DNA of 62,940 nt, filler included, from Lenisia limosa (lineage: Eukaryota; Protista; Breviatea), in assembly GCA_001655205.1 (NCBI GenBank). It is 12 parts of 12 records of this genome, joined end to end, with 100 filler letters (N's around TTAATTAATTAA, not from the genome) between each part and the next. Parts side by side here need not be neighbours in the genome. Positions count along the whole stretch, not along the records: positions 59,258 to 61,709 come from LPNZ01005135.1; positions 61,810 to 62,940 come from LPNZ01002750.1; 10 more parts are not named here. One strand, 5' to 3'. The notes under the pieces were generated by a model. The model had not been told where the DNA came from, did not search any database, and saw nothing but the letters and a program-made list of their open reading frames with translations. The position numbers and the translations under genes are program-made. Below are positions 60,171 to 62,940 of this stretch, one piece after another. Every line of letters begins with the position of its first letter. Within the stretch, counting starts at the first letter, position 1.

Positions 60171-61646
60171 TTTATAACAACAAAATAAACAAAGCCCGGG
60201 CCAGTCGCTTATACGGANNNNNNNNNNNNNNNNNNNNNNNNNNNNNNNNNNNNNNNNNNNNNNNNNNNNNNNNNNNNNNNNNNNNNNNNNNNNNNNNNNN
60301 NNNNNNNNNNNNNNNNNNNNNNNNNNNNNNNNNNNNNNNNNTTTCACCAAAATCCACAGTAAAGCACTCCCAGCGCACCGTTGGTCAAATTCCGTGCTGT
60401 CTACGCCTAGTGCTGCGGCTTCCTGTGGGGAGTAAGGCTTGTTTTTGGGGCAAATCGGTAATTTGAGCTCTACCCCCTCCCCCCCTCATAAATCAGTCTT
60501 CTCTCACGTCCTTCAACTGTTTCCTATCAAAGATCCTGCTCTTATACACTTGATGACATCAAGCCTTCCCCCTTTTGTTTTATTAAAAATTTTACACACA
60601 ATGCCCCCCCACCTCTGGAGATATTGAGTTGTACGTGTAGCTCTGCCACTGCATCGCGGCGTTGGCGGTGACGTAGCTCAGCAGGGTTATGGCCAGGCCA
60701 AGAAGTATGAAGCGCTGTGAGGAGCGTGAAAAGAGCAGGATCTTAAATTGGAAATATGGGAAGGAAATTGTGATTCACATTCCAGCTAAGGCGGGTAAAA
60801 AGTCTAATTGACTCAGCCAAGGTATGGTTTGTTTTGCTAAACTAGATGGCTGTGCGAGACGTACCATATATCGTTATAATTCATATAGTCTTTAATAATT
60901 ATATACATCTCAAATATTTTGCTGAGAGGTCCCTCACTTCACCCCCTCCTCCTCTTCCACGTCCAACATATCAACACCAATCACAATCAACATCAATCAA
61001 GCACCACATACTGCAACATGAGTCAGAGGGCTCTCGAGAGGACGGAAGAAGGCTCGGAGAAGAAGGTGGTGGAACTTCAGTCGGTTCATAATACGTGCGA
61101 AAAGGTCCAGTTTGATCTCTGGGGGGGGGGGGTAANNNNNNNNNNNNNNNNNNNNNNNNNNNNNNNNNNNNNNNNNNNNNNNNNNNNNNNNNNNNNNNNN
61201 NNNNNNNNNNNNNNNNNNNNNNNNNNNNNNNNNNNNNNNNNNNNNNNNNNNNNNNNNNNNNNNNNNNNNNNNNNNNNNNNNNNNNNNNNNNNNNNNNNNN
61301 NNNNNNNNNNNNNNNNNNNNNNNNNNNNNNNNNNNNNNNNNNNNNNNNNNNNNNNNNNNNNNNNNNNNNNNNNNNNNNNNNNNNNNNNNNNNNNNNNNNN
61401 NNNNNNNNNNNNNNNNNNNNNNNNNNNNNNNNNNNNNGGCGTAGAGCGACTGCGTGCGCGATAAGTCGTCTCCCACGGTTTTGATTCTGTGGAGTAATTT
61501 CAGCGTGAGAATTGGCGTAATTGCAAATAAACTGGCATGAAATTGGCGTGATATTACTGATATTGGTGTGAGAATTTGCGTTTTTGTATGAATGCGTAAT
61601 AGCAAGTGATTTTGCTTAATTGTGTAACAGCCCCCACCCCCCTCTT

Positions 61647-61709
61647 GGGTTTCACTTCGGTTGGAAAAAAGACTGAATTTCTCGATAAATCCTCTCAAAT
61701 TATCGATAA
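61647..61709. mobile_element. MITE family A copy (truncated by spacer)
   Basis: GGGTTTCACTTCGGTTGGAAAAAAGACTGAATTTCTCGATAAATCC. Confidence 0.8.
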
Positions 61710-61825
61710 NNNNNNNNNNNNNNNNNNNNNNNNNNNNNNNNNNNNNNNNNNNNTTAATTAATTAANNNNNNNNNNNNNNNNNNNNNNNNNNNNNNNNNNN
61801 NNNNNNNNNCCCCCCCCCCCCCTCA

Positions 61826-62940
61826 CTCGCCAATGAATTCGCCGATGGTGCCGTCGAGAGAGGTCACAATACGGCCCATTTCCGACAAATAAAGCGACAG
61901 CATCTGGAGATATGTTTGTGGAAGTAGGGGGGGTAATACACATGTAGTATATCATATAATATATGATATCTTACGTACAATTCTACAGGGACCAGGATAA
62001 GTCTTGGCCGTTTTACTATGGATATCACTCGTGCAATTCGGTCAATACTTATCTGTATATCGATATATGTTTGTGTCTGATGTTGATAAGAACTTAGGTA
62101 TGATGCTGAGCAAAAGGATATGAAACACAAGATGGAGCTGTGATTTATGGTATCCCTTTGTATTTATTTGTTTCCCTAGATTTCTAATGTATATTATTTC
62201 TATTGTTTCAAAAAAAAGCTGTGAATAGCCCCAAGTTTGCCAACCTCCATGAGGTCAGAGGGATTCATTCGTTCGGATATGGCGGTGAAGCCCTGGATGT
62301 TGCAGAAGAGCACAGACGATTGTCTTGAAACAACGCCCAACTGGAGTGTCAGAAATCACGCTTGGCTTATAGTTTAATATTAATTCACACAAGGGGGCAG
62401 AGATACATAATATATCATACTTACAAGCCAAAAGTTGCTCTGATATGTCCCTTTTACCTTGGCCACTTTTCCCTCGTCTCCAAGAAGGTTGACAACATTG
62501 GAAGGGACATATCTACATGACCATCAATACAAAAAACCCTGTAATAGAATAGACGATCTACTGTAGGTAAACATGGGAAGCTGATGGTGAAAATGATTTG
62601 TCAGACAAGCTACCCCCCCCCCCGAGGCAAACCTTGAAAATGAGTTGATATTATACTGCATTTTCTTGAAAGACGTTTGAAGAAGCTGGATTTCATGAAG
62701 ATGCGTGTGGCTACTGCTTGAGCCTGACATCCCCCTGAAGTATTAAAAAAGCACAACGAGATGAATCACAAAGAAGAAACTTGTTGATGAGAGCTTTCCC
62801 ATCAATTTATACCCCCACCTATTAAGATGGCCAAACTCAAATCGCGCCATGCGCGTGAGTCGTTGCGTCATGGATTCCAGCGGTCGCGTGATGAGAAGGG
62901 TCACGTAGGTCATACCAAGAATGCAGATCAGCAGCCATAT
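61826..62940 (-). CDS. TM-HAMP-class III nucleotide cyclase (partial at both ends)
   Basis: IWLLICILGMTYVTLLITRPLESMTQRLTRMARFEF (TM plus HAMP helix 1), THLHEIQLLQTSFKKMQ (HAMP helix 2), YVPSNVVNLLGDEGK, LGVVSRQSSVLFCNIQGFTAISERMNPSDLME and MLSLYLSEMGRIVTSLDGTIGEFIG. Confidence 0.85.
61985..62058. mobile_element. MITE family E copy
   Basis: TA|CAGGGACCAGGATAAGTCTTGGCCG...TCGGTCAATACTTATCTG|TA. Confidence 0.65.

Noticed and set aside
60400-61470. Plus-strand coding fragment (MSQRALERTEEGSEKKVVELQ)
   Set aside because: Possibly real, but mostly obscured by N runs and too short to assign boundaries or a product.

Overview
Intron-rich eukaryotic (protist-like) draft-assembly DNA, not prokaryotic. 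The standard genetic code and GT-AG introns are confirmed on the V-ATPase F gene. The window is a patchwork of 12 contigs joined by eleven artificial 100-nt spacers (N44-TTAATTAATTAA-N44), plus many other N runs, so gene neighbourhood across spacers is unproven. Exons were spliced by eye. Recognisable genes: (1) a ~14 kb minus-strand single-pass receptor guanylyl cyclase (ectodomain, TM, pseudokinase, intact GC domain); (2) a very long coiled-coil protein; (3) an RCC1-repeat protein; (4) a cathepsin B-like protease whose ~1.5 kb intron appears to host a complete antisense multi-exon gene; (5) an intron-containing gene with a bacterial-type dCache-like sensor domain; (6) V-ATPase subunit F; (7) a Pro-rich and Lys/Glu-rich low-complexity protein; (8) the C-terminus of glycyl-tRNA synthetase; (9) a TM-HAMP-class III cyclase whose first metal-binding Asp is replaced by Asn. 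Introns are crowded with short non-autonomous elements. One ~95-bp palindromic, TA-flanked MITE family has about 27 copies in two TIR subtypes, and there are also CACTA-ended and CAGT-ended MITEs and several other dispersed repeats. No rRNA, tRNA, CRISPR array or intact transposase was seen. The best leads are the bacterial-style sensory and cyclase genes with spliceosomal introns, the nested gene, and the MITE burst.
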